From Octopus sinensis (taxonomy: Eukaryota), in assembly GCF_006345805.1 (NCBI RefSeq), contig NC_043000.1:52886001-52950000 (forward strand): 64,000 nt of DNA, given 5' to 3'. Positions 29,196 to 43,303 of this stretch are shown in pieces. Position 1 is the first letter of the stretch, and every line of letters begins with the position of its first letter. The position numbers and the translations under genes were made by a program. Under the pieces are notes generated by a model that saw only the letters and a program-made list of their open reading frames with translations, was not told where the DNA came from and did no database searches.

Positions 29196-30899
29196 TATAA
29201 TAAATACAATATATGTAATGTGACGCGTCTAGCTAGGGGCGAATAATATTTGATTAAACTTGCATAGTTAAACAATTAAGGAATTTATCAGTATAAGTTA
29301 ATATCAAAAATGCAATTTATTTCGTGAACATTGTTAAGTATCTTATTTGTTAACATTTAAGGTAGTATTGTTCCTTTAACTGCTATATGATGGATTACTT
29401 ATAAACAAAACATTAGCTCAATCTGTAAATTGAGTTTTCATCCCAACCAGATTCCTTACAAAAATGTATTGTTTTCAATAATTTTTGTGATTAATGCTAT
29501 AAAAAAAGAATATATTTACTAATCTTGTATGAGCATAAAGCTTATTATTAACATTGATTTGAAGTGAAATTGACATGTAAACTCCATCTGCATCTGCATC
29601 TGCAGGAACTATACTACTTCAGTCTGTAAGTGAAGATAAAAGTCATCGTGGATGAATCAAAATCAGCATAACAAACACTGCTGTTTTAGACAGAAAAATC
29701 GATTTCCAATTTAAAAGAAAGCCAGACGTACTATGTTATACATAAAATGATAAAACTTTAAATAAATAAATACAAGAATAAAATCAAATATTTTAGTTAC
29801 ATCAATATTTGCGGTATTTCAGAGCGCTGAAATCGAATATTTTTTTTCCTAACTACTCCTCACTTCTCGAAACAATAATAAATATTAAACAAAGAATAAT
29901 GTAGATTTGGATCCGTAACAGGGAAAATATAAAAGGGAATATAATGATAATAACATAGATCTAATGAGCAAATCGAAATTTGATTTAAATGTATAGAGCT
30001 TTAAAGAAGTTGGCAAAACAATAGATTTTAATAACTATGTTTAAAACAATTTAAATTACACGAAATCGAGAAAATGAAATACTAACGAAAGAATATAATT
30101 AAAAAATACCAAAAAAATGCTTTTAAACTAATAATCCAACTATATATATATATAAAATAAAATGAACTACCTGAACTCATGTCGAACGATAGGAAGTGCT
30201 GAAGAAGAAGCTTACATATTTAGAGAAGATCATGTGAAGCCAAACTTTACAGTGTAAATTCGTTTATTATTAAAAATTGATAAAGAAAAGAAACAATAAA
30301 TTAGCATATCTAAAGCATCAGATAGATTACAACTGGAATTTATCATTTAGTGCCTAGTAATTTTGAAGAGAACTTATATTTCAAGAGCATATTTATATAG
30401 GTCGTTTTTGTACGTGAATTATAAAACACTCTACTATCTAGGATGTTTGGAGTATTTCTACATATTTATGTTTGCGAATATTATATTGATTTATAAATAC
30501 AATGAGGAGATACCTTCCGAAAGCGATATATAGATTCCGAGAAACATGAAACTACATTCATAATTACGACTCTTTTTTTATCTTCGTGCAATGGCTTTGA
30601 AAAGCATGTAGATATTTACATGTACATCTGTGTGTGTGTCCTTTGCATCAATAGATTTTACTTAATGATCATTACGATTTTGTCCAATCGAACATGCTGA
30701 AGAAAAACGAGTGAATCATCACGAATGATGTTCGAAGATCAATTCATGTACATTTTACATGTATTTCGTATATATTTCTGCATATATTTATTCATACAAT
30801 ATTTTGTCCAAACTTTTTCAATGCTCAGTACGCGTAATATTTGAAATGCATTAAAACACTCATATACGAAATTGATACATTTGTCTGGGCACGATATGT

Positions 30900-31612
30900 G
30901 GACCGTGTCTCTGCCTTTTTTCTTCGCACCCACCCCGCCGTTCCCCGTCTCCTGCATCCACTTACCTACCACTGCTCCGACATGTTCCTCATTCTTTCCT
31001 ACTGTACCTCTGCTCTTTTCTCTCGCAGCCACCCTCCCGTTGCCCGTCACCCGTTTTCACTTTCCTACCACCACTCCACCATGCCTCGCACCTTTCTGAG
31101 AGGCTTCATGCAGCTCCTGTCCGGAGCCTCCACCTCGTATATCTTCTCCAACCTACCTCTTAGCTCCTTCAAACGTGCCCATAACCTGCATGACCCCCTG
31201 GTCCACAATTTCTTCCCTAAACTCACCTTCCAGCCTGATTCGTTCCCCAGATTTCGTCCACGCTGTCGCACCAGCCTCGACCTCTCCAACACCACCATCC
31301 TTACAGACACCGATTATCGTCCCTATCACATCATCGACTTTACCTACACATCTAGTAATATCGTTTACTGCATCTCCTGTACATCGGTTAAACGGGATGC
31401 CTCGTTGTGACCAATTCACAGAGCACCTCCGAGACATCAGGCTCGGCAATGACACCCCGGTCTCGTACCATTTCTACTGTACCGGTCATTCGCTACAACA
31501 TCTGTGTATGTTCGGATTATCTTTGCACAGAGACCACCCGGACACGGGCCTTCCCCGTGAAAAGGGATTAATCTTCTCTCTTCACTCCTTTGTGCTATAT
31601 GGGCTCAACTAA
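30900..31612 (+). mobile_element. Penelope-like element 3' part (GIY-YIG endonuclease), degenerate
   Basis: SFKRAHNLHDPLVH...DFTYTSSNIVYCISC...FTEHLRDIRLGNDTPVSYHF...GLIFSLHSFVLYGLN*. Confidence 0.85.
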
Positions 31613-32349
31613 CCTCCTCTCTTAATCTGACACTAACCTCACCTCCTTTCCTTATTTGAACCAACCCCATACTACTCTACACTTATTAAAACTGACCACG
31701 TCTCAGCGCCCACACCACATGCCATCATCTACATACCCACACACCTTAAATATCGTCATCACACATACCACTATATGAGCAGCCACGCACACTGTTTAAC
31801 TCAGTAAACACAGCACGCGCCATCATGCATACGCCCATATCCACACAAACACATAATACCTGAACACAGACAATATATACTCCCACATCCACACAAGCGC
31901 ATAACAGCGGAACAGAGATAATATATACATGCTCACGCAACACGCATACATCGATAAACATAAGTTTCACCCTTATAAGATACCATACACATGCACACTG
32001 TTTCATTACAAACACATACACGCACATGTGCAGACACCACATGTAAAATGCACACATCAACTACTACACACAACACACATACACTCACACACATGTTACG
32101 CTACGCGCACACACACTCACGCACATCAGAGTCACTCGCTCTTATTCACACACACCATTCTCCCATACACTCACACGCACATGCACCTTCTCTTGTTGGA
32201 ATCACTCGCACTATTATTATCTCCCTTTCATTAAATCTCAGTTTTTATTATTATTTCCCTTACTTTCAACCGATTTTTTTCTAATCATAAGCCAAGCTGG
32301 ACCACTGAATACTGCACGTGGTTTTCCTTCTCACTCCGCTTGTTTCCTC

Positions 32350-32470
32350 GTATTCCTTTCTGTTGAAGAGCGCATGCTCGAAATATAAAATACTTACTCA
32401 TTTTTCCCGTGCTTCAAACTATTACACCTGTTGTTATTCATATATCTGTCTTCGTCTTATTTTTCTATAC
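32350..32470 (+). mobile_element. Penelope pseudo-LTR tail with a hammerhead-like motif
   Basis: ttcctttctgttgaagagcgcatgctcgaaa..., located downstream of the PLE ORF; an inverted copy lies near 38660-38795. Confidence 0.55.
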
Positions 32471-32612
32471 ATTTCAACTATATATATATTAATTAGAGTG
32501 AAGGGCAAGGATAAAATCTATATAATATTTTATCAGGTAATTAGCGTGTAATAACCAGTTACGGTAAAAAGTTGAGTACATAATTATATATATATATATA
32601 TATATAATATAT

Positions 32613-32659
<47 letters not shown>

Positions 32660-33231
32660 CTATATTAAGGGCAACTAATTAGTATTTCTACAGGCCAACT
32701 TACACGCTATAAGAAGACTCCAAATGGTGCCGAGGTACCTTAAGTATCATATAAATACGCTCTGAAAGCGGGGGAATAAACGAAAAGATTTTTTAAGAGG
32801 TACAGTTACATATCAATTGATTTCAGGTTTACGGACCAATATCTGTTTTCCTTCCTCAGCAAAACACAACCACTTGTATATATTTATTATGTGTTATGAC
32901 TTTTATTAATGCCTGCGACCCAATGGTAAATTATTTTGAATTATTGTCCTCATATTTACGATAATTATAAACAATTATACATACCACACGAAAAAAAAAA
33001 TATACACAGTGCATATACAACTGTTCAAATTTAAACACAAATTAAAATTTTTAAATCGAGTTCGTTTAACTCAGCTACGTGTGAATAACCAAATAATTTT
33101 GCTCTAGGTGAAAGTATATATATTAAATATGATTAAGGATAATATCTGTATACGAGTTAACAGTTAGTTAGCGTGTGATGACTAGATTAGGTAAAAATAA
33201 TTGCTTACATAAGTTTATAAATATAATTTTA

Positions 33232-33334
33232 AAAACTACATTAAGGGCAACTAGCGAGTATTTCTACAGGCCGAGCCAAACGTGGGGCTCGGCCTGTAGA
33301 AGTACTCGCTGCTGGTTGCCCTTGATATAGTTTT
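33232..33334. repeat. Imperfect ~103-bp palindrome (arms of ~46 and ~49 nt, 8-nt loop); third copy of the arm at 32658-32696
   Basis: aagggcaactagcgagtatttctacaggccgagcc / ggctcggcctgtagaagtactcgctgctggttgccctt. Confidence 0.9.
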
Positions 33335-33499
33335 ATAATTATACTTATAAAATCATGTACTCAGATATATACACACATATATATATACGTATATGTGTGT
33401 GTGTGTGTGTGTGAGTGTGTATGTTTGTGTGTGTGTGTGTAACAAAACAGTAACTTTCAAATTCCTTTCTACTCCGAATTTCAGGGTGTACATTAGCTG

Positions 33500-34950
33500 G
33501 TACTAATGTGGTATATCCGGAATGTCGGCGGACATTCGCTTGAAATTTACCAGAAATGCATACATCTGGTGACAGCAATAGGATAGTTCGTATTTCCTGT
33601 TCATGAATACTGCGGGCTGGTAGAGAATGTGCAGTCTTTTGCGGGGGCAGAGCCGGCACATAGGGGCGCCACGTGAATACGGTGGTTCCCTGTCGACAAT
33701 AGTCCAGTTGATGCTGGATGTTTCGTCTCGGAGATCACGGAGTCTCCTGAGAAAGTCAGACAGGGAAATAGAGTACTGTCTGTCTCTGGATCTGGACGAG
33801 TGTATGCGCTGTGAGTATCTTCCTATGTAATCATTGGCCATCATACCCTTATAGTTCCTAGTGATTCCATCAGAGGGTGTAAGAGAGTGGCTCTGTATAC
33901 TACGGCCCTTGAGAAGCAGGATCTTTCTAGAGAGCAGGTGCTGAGGTTTCGGATGTTGCAGACTGAGTTTGTGGTTGTGCAGGTGCATTTTTACATCTGT
34001 TGGTGCGTGTGATGTTAGATACAATGTTGTCTAAGCAGGAGTAGCCCACCTTGACATTCTTAGGGGGTTGAGGTAGGACTAAACCAGATAGTTTTCCTTC
34101 TCTGTATCCTCTTGTGGTGAGAAGAGGGTTCTTAGGGATCGTCCACATACGTGAGCTTCTCACTAAACCCGCTTCTAGCCAAAGCACTATCGTAGTGGGG
34201 TGCGGCCCTATTAGAGACCTCCCTGTTGGTCGAGAGTTTAGACATCCGCTTTATAATGTCTGAAAACAGATTTCTAATTACAGCGCTGGGTGGATTGAGC
34301 TCTTGTAGATATATACCCTTTCCTTGTTAGGCTTTCTCTAGGGTTAATATTTGTCCGTGTCTAGGTCTAATGTTACATCCGTGAAACCGAACGTACTCTG
34401 AAAACAATTTTATCAAGTCCTTCCTGAACATGCTCATGGTGTAGCCGATCATATCGCTGAGACAGCCAGACTGTCTTTCCTAAAGAGGGCCGATTTATGT
34501 GTATGGCTACGTCTCTTTTGGAGAGCATCCAAAATCGATAACCCCCAGTCAAAGTCTCTTATAGAGACATCAAATAATGGATCACCTACCGTCTTCACCC
34601 AGAAGGAATTGCCATGCACCAGAGTTAACGTTTTGGCATTTAGGATGTTTCTGATATCAATACTACTTATGCTGGTGAATTGCTCAGCAAAAGGTAGGTC
34701 CTTCAGCAGGAAGGACTTAGATATGAAAGAGTAGAAGTCAAAAATGTCGCACTAGGTGAATCATCAAGCAGATTTATCCGCGATACCGCAGAATCAGTCG
34801 ATCACAACTGCGCTGGAATTCTATTGAGTCAACTCTGTAGTCCTTCTGACGTCGAAGTCGATAGTATAGAGAATATATTTGCTAATGATGTCTATCTCAC
34901 TTTTGAAGGGGTTGTTCAGTCAGCATTCGAGGTTAGAGAGGAAATTGGAA
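33500..34950 (-). mobile_element. Penelope-like element (RT + GIY-YIG), degenerate; a second lineage
   Basis: DIFDFYSFIS...NILNAKTL...WVKTVGDPLFDVS (RT) and YIG...SISLSDF...INWTIVDREPPYSRGAPMCRLC...ILY (GIY-YIG C-terminus). Confidence 0.8.
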
Positions 34951-37900
34951 TAATTTCCTTAAGTGTAGTACAGGACATATATTAAGGTGGGTAGCTAGTT
35001 CCTTTGCTTCTGTGTTTATGCCATTTCATGTAGATTAATGGGTTTTCTTGTATGTGTTGGTGATGGTGCTAGTAAGGATTCTTGAGTGTGTGAGAATGTT
35101 TGTTACGTAAATATTCTTTGTTTTGTTCTGCGAGGATGTGTAGGTTGGGTAATATTTAATACTGATCATATAGACATTTAAGGATTTAAGGAAGGGCTTA
35201 TATACATACATACACACACACATATATATAATGTTTGTATACACGAACACACACTAACACACCCACACACACCTACCCACATATATATATACCTATTCTA
35301 TTTTCTGACCTAAATACTCCAGAGCATCACCTTCAAGCATTATTCTTTCTAAAGACAGCTTAAGTATTGATTTCTTTACAGTCACCATTCATTTTCAGAA
35401 ACGTGTTGAATTGTTTATTTGTGGAAGTTTGCTGCAAGAAAAGTGACAAGATCTCAGCGAGATTAAACAAGGAAACAATGCACAGAACTTGAGAAAAGGA
35501 ATCAAACTTTTGAAAACTGAAACGAAATTCGCTATCAAATCAGTTTATATATACAGTTACATATTACTGTCTCCGTTTCCAGCTGTTCCTGAAAATAAGA
35601 AAGTGTTCTTCATACAGCCTCTGAGCATTAAACTATAATTTTAGGAAGCAGATATATGACAAGCTGCAATTTTCAATGAAAATAAATAGATTGTTCAAAT
35701 ACGGATCCACATGGATGGAAAGCTAAATGCCATTGTCACTGTAGATGCTCCAAAACAAATGCTGCAATACGGTGGAGATTCATAAATCATTTCGTTTTTG
35801 CATTTGGTTTGTAAGATTCTTCATGGGAAGGCGTGTGTTGAAACTAATTTTGTTCTGTCTAGGGAGAGTCACTATGTCAATATTCATAACGCATGCACTG
35901 GTTCAATTCCATGACCCTATTATTAGTTAATTGGTTTAAAATTATTGCAACTAACTAATTGATCGTTTGTTTGTGAAACAGGTAATCGTTTGTTTTATTT
36001 ATGCACGTCAAATTTCTATCGTTGCCACTCTTAACATTTTCAGTTAGTTCTCTCCCAGTTTATTACGCAGGCCCTGGTTGCCCGTCTGACACTTTGTTGC
36101 CTATACTTGTGTAGAAATTGATAGGTGTGTGTGTGTGAGGGGGGATTGCCAGCGTACATATTACATATGTATGTGTGTTATTGCGTGCATGTGTGCACAT
36201 TCCTGCATCCGTGTGAGTGCGTATGTATGTATATATGTGTGTATCTATGCATGTATATATTTATGCGTGTATTCTTGTGCTTTTCTATATTCCCGCGTTC
36301 GTGTGTCTACTAGCCTGTGTGTTCATGTGCGTGCGCATGTATGCGTAGGGACAGGTTTATTAACCTAATAAATCCGCTATAATTATTTCTTATCGTTATC
36401 TTGTTTGATAAAGCTGGGTTCTTACAAATAACATATTTGGAAACTATAGATTTCATATAATAGGAGTGGGTGAGTTGAATCTTGTTTGTAGGCTCTAACT
36501 ACGGTTCAGTATCAAGGACAAGGAATTTATTGTTAGGGGGCCTTGCGGGGTATTTTACAGTTACCTTGATACTCAGGTGGGCATAGTTCTCTATGCGCTG
36601 GATTCTCTTCATTGTACACCACTCGGCTTCCTAAGTATGAGCACGTGAGATTGTCCTAAGTAGAATGTCGATATCATCTATTTATCTAGAATTAGTATTA
36701 TTGCTACACATTATTCATCTGTGGATTGCTTAAGTGTTTTGTCCTACCAGGTTATAAAGAGGCCGGCCACGTCCAAGTCACACCAACACTGAAGGCTGCC
36801 CTTAAACCTGCATATAGAGTTTCTTACTGAACTTTACTATATGGCTCTACAAACGGTTTTATTTTTATGCTAGCTGCTATTGCATGTGCAGCCAGCTATC
36901 ATATTTCTCACCTGATTGTAACTCTCTGGATCCTGGGTGGATATAGACAAGCCTCTCCACCGTCTGTGGAGCCCTTCTTCGCTACCAATGTGACGATGAG
37001 TGGTCTTCTTCGTTCTGACCAGGTGGGGCGGAAACTAATAAGGTCATGACTATCCGCGTAACCACTGCCATAGGTTAATCTAAGGAGAAAACTGAGTTCT
37101 ACTGCTTTTACTTATGAGAACTCTACTTAAGTGATACAGATTTTTCCGCATCGTAATCAATGTCAAGAGACGATTAGAATTATACCCTGGCTATACTACC
37201 TACTATACAGCCTGTGAGGTGGTCGGAACGGCCACACTCATTGTCTCTACTGAGGAGCACGCAGATCTTGCTAGGAGTAGGAATTTCTATAGTTGCTGCA
37301 ACTATTAGCCCCTCATGCCGTTCGAGATCGGGAGCACGTAAATCATATAGTGTAGAAACACCGTTGTTAGGTGTTTGGAAATTTCGTGTGGTCCATTTTT
37401 ATGTTGGAGCACGTTGCACCACATTCCCCTGTGTGCATTGAGATATTTGCCTACTTTATCATGTTCTTGTACTGCAACGTCTTTCATGTTATTGGTGTGC
37501 TGTTGTTGTGTATGGACATAGCTCTACAGGCTGTCTACAGGCATTCTATAGGATTTGTCTGTAGGAAAGAACACTATTTCATTGTTCCTAACGTATTGTT
37601 TTAATATTTGTAGGCCTTAGCATGTGTATGATGGATGGTTAGGGAGGGGTATGAATTCAATTTTGCTTATTTGCTCTGTGCGTGTGTATGTTTGTGTATG
37701 CATATGTGCGCGCGTGTGTATTGGAGAGATATGGTGGTAATAACTCTTTGCTTAACCAGCATATTAAACAGCGCATTTGATATTTAACAAATTGTCTAAC
37801 GATAAAGAAGTGATATTGAACAAGTGCCTATGTTTATTATTATTGGCATTATCGCTCGGTGTGTACGTAGTTTTCTATGATTTGTTTTACTTTTTACTCC

Positions 37901-38654
37901 TCATGTATATCCCATTCATGCTCCTTTCTTTTCTCCTTTTAATTTCCACCAAAAAACTGCATTAAAGAGAGCAACACATTTCAATAGAATTTTTAGTACA
38001 AATTATCAATATTTTAATTCGCATATAACGAATATTTTTAAAATGTCAGGTCTATGCGTATGATTTAGTAGCAGTTACTTGGATGGCTCTTCTTTTGATT
38101 CAAAGTAATTTGTTTTTATAGAATGTAGAATGTGGCTGTAGTAATACGTTATACATTTCACTTGAAACTTGAGTATCAGCAACTCTTTCATGGGGAAATA
38201 TCTTCTATTGCATAAACTGAGTGATTGTATTTGGGATGAAGTAATAGCTAAGCTAAGGATGAGCTTTAACCATGAGATATCCTCGGTAATAACGAGACAC
38301 AGGTATTGGAGCTCTAGCAGAATGTTATTAACAGTTAGGAGATGTGTGGTGCGCTGGTATTTTCTTGATTCGAAGAGAATTTTATTTATTTATTTATTTA
38401 TTTATTCATTTATTGTTGTTAAAAGAATCAAAGTTGTCATGTCCCTAAACATATATTTTCTGATGCACATACAGCGTGTATATGATGGGTGGTTATGAAA
38501 AAGGAGGAACTCAGTGTCCTTTATCTGTTCAGTGTGTGTGTATATGTGTGTGTGTGTGTTTGCTGATAAGGCAGGATGTAGTTCTCGAAGTTTTGAAGGA
38601 AGTGCTTTGAGAGAAAACTGATCACCAGGGAACATCTGAGTTGTTTAAGATTGG

Positions 38655-38800
38655 GACAAAATTGAAAGTGTTCTCTATTTGGTAAGGACGAAGAGAGGAG
38701 TATAAACAGCAAGTAGGTGTGTTGGTTTGACGCTCGGGAAGGTGTGCAAGTATTTTGCTTTTCGAGCCTACACTCTTCAACAGAAAGGAACACGGGGAAA
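38655..38800 (-). mobile_element. Penelope pseudo-LTR tail (same family as 32350-32470)
   Basis: Reverse complement reads ttcctttctgttgaagagtgtaggctcgaaaagcaaaatactt...cttcgtc. Confidence 0.55.
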
Positions 38801-39051
38801 TAAACAGACAGTAATAAAAATATTTTGGAGTTAGCGGTCAATCATAGCGACTGGTTGGACGTAAGAAGTTAGGCAGGAGAGCTAGGAAGAAAGGAAGATA
38901 ATAGAGTACTGGTGATCACAAAACGAAGGTGCGCGTGCGTTGGATATGTGAGAGTGTGTAAATGTGTGCGTGTGGATACAGGCTGGTGACTTTGACGTGT
39001 GTATGTGTGTGCGACTGTAATGTGTGGATATGTTGATGATGGTGTGCGTCG

Positions 39052-39362
39052 CATGGCTTAGTGGTTAGGGCATTTGGCTCACGATCGTAAGGTTGTGATT
39101 TCAACTCCCGGCGACGTGTTGTGTCCTTGAGCAAAACACTTAATCGCACGTTTCTCCAGTCCACGCAGTTGGCAAAAATGAGTAGTAACAGTATTTCAAC
39201 GCTCCGGCCTTGTCACACTTTGTGTCACGTTGAATCTCCCTGAGAACTACTTGAAGAGTACACGTGTCTTTGGAGTTCTCAGCCACTTGCACGTTGATTT
39301 CACAAGCCAGCTATTCCGTTGACTATATGAAACGGGACCCTCGTTGTTGTAATCAACGGAGT
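39052..39362 (+). mobile_element. tRNA-derived SINE, near full length
   Basis: Head catggcttagtggttaggg (A box) ... gtgatttcaactccc (B box), then ttgtgtccttgagcaaaacactt; ends in (TA)n. Confidence 0.85.
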
Positions 39363-39374
39363 GCTCCTTTTTTA

Positions 39375-39482
<108 letters not shown>

Positions 39483-41063
39483 GTATATATATATGTGTGT
39501 ATATATTTATATATATACATATATATATATTTATATATATATACAGATATGTATATATATATATATATTATATATATATATATATATATGCGTGTGTTTA
39601 GACGTATAAGCGCGTGATTGTGCGTAAATATATACTGTTTGTCTGTGTGCAAGTGTATATCTTGCTATATACGACTATGTCATTTTCCTCTGTTTGTAAA
39701 CGTATATGTATTAAAGTCTCTCTGTCTATGCGGTGGTATTCAATTTTGGCAAAATTTTCAAATAAAAAATCATGGCTGCATTTTTTGGTTTTTTCCATAT
39801 ACTTCCTCGAAGCTTCAAATTAATTTTAAATGAAAATATGAATCATTGAATAATACAATGCCAATATACCTATTCTCACAATACCAATTTCTATTGCAAT
39901 TCAGAACAGTTCAAGTTAAATTTGTAGCAGAAAAATTCATAGGCCTTTAATTTTTGAATCCATATTCCAAGAAAGCGTTAATAAATAGAAACCGTTTCAG
40001 AACAATATATTATTAATAATGAATATAAAATGTAATATAGTGTAATATGAAAAAGCGTTCCATTTTTAGATCGCAAAATTCCATATCGCTTTTGTAGGAT
40101 ACACCGTCCGATATTGGTTCTTTCTAAACTAAAGTCATTGATTTTGCTGTAATATTCAGTCCCAAAATAGTAGCTCATTCATTTCTTCTTTAATATATGA
40201 TATTTTTGTATCTTTTCAAAATGGATTTTGCATCATTATACATTTAAACTCATTTAATGGTTTTCTACTACACGTCGTATACGTCTAATATTACTGTGAG
40301 TTATATAGAAAAATTTGTAGCACCATATATGTTTTGACATATTGCAATTAGCAACCAAATTCTTTCAGATTGTATCTATATTTTGACACGAAAATGATTA
40401 ATTCATTTCATTTCAATTTCATTGCAAAACGTCTTGGAAATACTTCATCCCGTTTAATTTACCACAAAGTCTTCAAAACTGCGGGCCTTGTCAAAACAAT
40501 TGAAGTAATAAAGTGACGAAAAAGTTACTGTTTATACATCATTTCAAAGGTAAACTACACATCTCTAGCTACATTTCATATGATATGTGAAAATGATGCT
40601 AAGCATTTTTCGGACGTGCTAACCATTCTACTATCTCACTACCATAATAATACCAAATACTTTTAATAATACCAAATAGTGAAGCCGAAATGTTCACCCT
40701 AGCGTCTCAAGATATAATTAGCGGTGAAATATGGGCATTATTTTTATCTAAGAAGGTAATATCATTATCCAGTATGATGCTTGTATATGATACCACGGCT
40801 AATTCGACGTGCAACCTTTTTTGTCGACGCCACGTTTTGGTACTTCAGGGAAACAAACATATACTCGCACGCAAAAAAATCACACAAAAGCACACAAACG
40901 CACTTGCACACACCCACGTACGCACAAAGAGACAAATACATATAGAGATAGAGGGGCGAGAAATGCATTGCGATATATTGAATATGATGGACGGTCATTT
41001 TTTCTATCCACGCACTGGGAAATGTACCCCACACAACTGAGATAAAGAAGGATGGATAGATAG

Positions 41064-41115
<52 letters not shown>

Positions 41116-41220
41116 TGGGAGAGAGATAAAGATTAATGCAAGAAGACAAAAACAGAACGAGAGTAACGTATTTACTTTGAATAACAAGTAAGTCAGGCTC
41201 AAATCTGCGATGCCAAATTA

Positions 41221-41280
41221 GTGACGCCAAATGTGTCTCACACCTCTATATAAGAGCACCAGCGATTACAGTATGTGGTG
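41221..41280 (+). promoter_or_regulatory. Possible Pol II core promoter (CRE half-site plus TATA box)
   Basis: TGACG at 41222, TATATAAG at 41247-41254, then ttacagt and a gtatgt donor-like site; acceptor-like sites near 41317 and 41378. Motif-only evidence. Confidence 0.25.
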
Positions 41281-41766
41281 TTGCGTGTTTGTTTCTTTGT
41301 TGCTGTTTTGCTAACAGACCATATCTCTTTGAGCTGCACTGAATATATGTGGCATCATATCCTTCATTTCTTTTACAGCAGTCTAAGATTTCTGATATTT
41401 TTGTTGCTATATCAGAACATTTAGATGTTCCTACATTAGTTTAAGTTTTTGACTTGCCAGCAAACCCTTTTTATATAGGGCATGAATATTATCTAATCCG
41501 TAGAATCGGCAGTACATTTGTTCCGTTTCATTACGTTCTAAGTACAAATACGTTCGTATTTGTGCCATAGGTACGTTTGTTTATATCGACGATCCATCTC
41601 AACGGCTACATATCGACTCCAGAAGGAAGGCAACATCAATTTTTGCCAAAATGGTATTTAGAACTGTAAGGATAAGATTCTTGTATGTGAATTGAATATT
41701 TTAAATTTGTTTCGTGGGTGTGTAGTAAGAAGATTGGTTCCCGACTGAATGCTTCCAGGATCAGTC

Positions 41767-41800
<34 letters not shown>

Positions 41801-43213
41801 CGCGCATAAATGTATATATATATATATATATATAGGATAGTAAATGTTTTCCTGTATATGTCATCTACATACTTCAAGTAATGTGTATTTAGCATTTAAT
41901 ATTCCAAATATATTGCTTTGAAATTAATATAACTTCCGTGTGTACGTGTCTCCATAAACAAGTTTTATAGGGTATAGATTATATTCATTTGCTCTCATCG
42001 GGTTCTTGTGGATTCACGCGCAATCGCACAGGTGTAGTATATTATTGATGTGGTTAGGAATGTCAGGAAATGGTCACTGATTAGCACAGAAGTATATATT
42101 CCGTTTGAAATTTGTAGCCACGGAGATTAACTCCTTCATTTCATAGATTGATAGGGAATCAACAACAGCAGCAATAACTGCAACAATAACAAGGACAATG
42201 ACATGAACATCAATAAAATCATTCTCTGTAGCTAACAAGGAAGTATCTTCACGGTTGTTGGAGCACGTGCATTTGACATTCAAATACCTGTGAAATAACA
42301 CCATACCGTCTCAGAAATTGCGAACGCGTCAGCGTGCACCAGGTGCATTATGATAAGATACATTTATCATCCAAGGATGGAATAAATTACGCCAAAGCCC
42401 TACTCGCTCTGGCCAATATTGGATCAACAACTTTAGCTATCGGTCTTATTTTGCGTTCTATATATTCATTCGTTATACATTAGTTAGTAAGGTGAGGTGA
42501 ATGAGAGGTGGCTTAAGAATGAGAGAGACAGAGTGGGGAGGGGTGAAGAAAGAAGGGAGAAACAAGCGGAGAAAGATGACGAACTGAATGTAGACGAACG
42601 TCAAGAATAGTTAAACAAAACTAACTTATGAATGCTATAAAAATGCAAATCATCCTATCATCCTTTCTTAAACAAGACTTCTGATTTTTTTTTCCATTGC
42701 GTGACATTTTCACGTGTCCTACTTGCATATACATATATGCGTATATATAACAAGAACGGGAAGGAGGGAAAATATTACATCTTCACTTGATGATTACACC
42801 ATGCATTAGTGACGATCGTTTCTATTGTGCCAGCATATTTATATATAGAAAAATGTACAAAATCTCAGTACAATTAACATCCAAAGATAGGTGATGAAGC
42901 AGAATTATTACTAAATATCTTCAAGGTATTGTCAATTTCACAGTCGAAATTAACTTTATCTAACGTATCAAAATCTAGTTCAGGGAAATTATCATTAGAT
43001 ATAATTACAAAATTTACACTATCAGTTCTATTTGTGTTTACGATTGATTCTGTATTTTGTATATTTTCATCAGTCTTACCCCCTTTTGTTCTGGTATTCT
43101 CTAGAGAATATTCTTTTCTTTGTAGTTAGATCGTAGATGATCTTCTTCTAGCATATTAGATGTCCGCTTAGCATATTCTTCTAGCATATTGGAAGTCCCT
43201 TATTATACGCATG

Positions 43214-43277
<64 letters not shown>

Positions 43278-43303
43278 GGGTGTGTGTGATTGTGTATAGA
43301 AGA

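Noticed and set aside
33455-33500. Hammerhead-like motif on the minus strand (cctgaaattc...gaatttgaaa)
   Set aside because: The core departs too far from CUGANGA/GAAA.
36400-37600. Possible decayed Penelope element (also 44290-45060)
   Set aside because: Only faint motif traces; too weak to call as a feature.
39052-39125. tRNA gene
   Set aside because: A- and B-box-like head continues into a SINE body, and no complete cloverleaf is evident.
42929-43129. Plus-strand ORF containing the Ig-like SKLTLSNVSKSSSG
   Set aside because: S/L/F/V-rich composition typical of an antisense shadow, with no following Y-x-C; the minus frame looks more like the sense strand.
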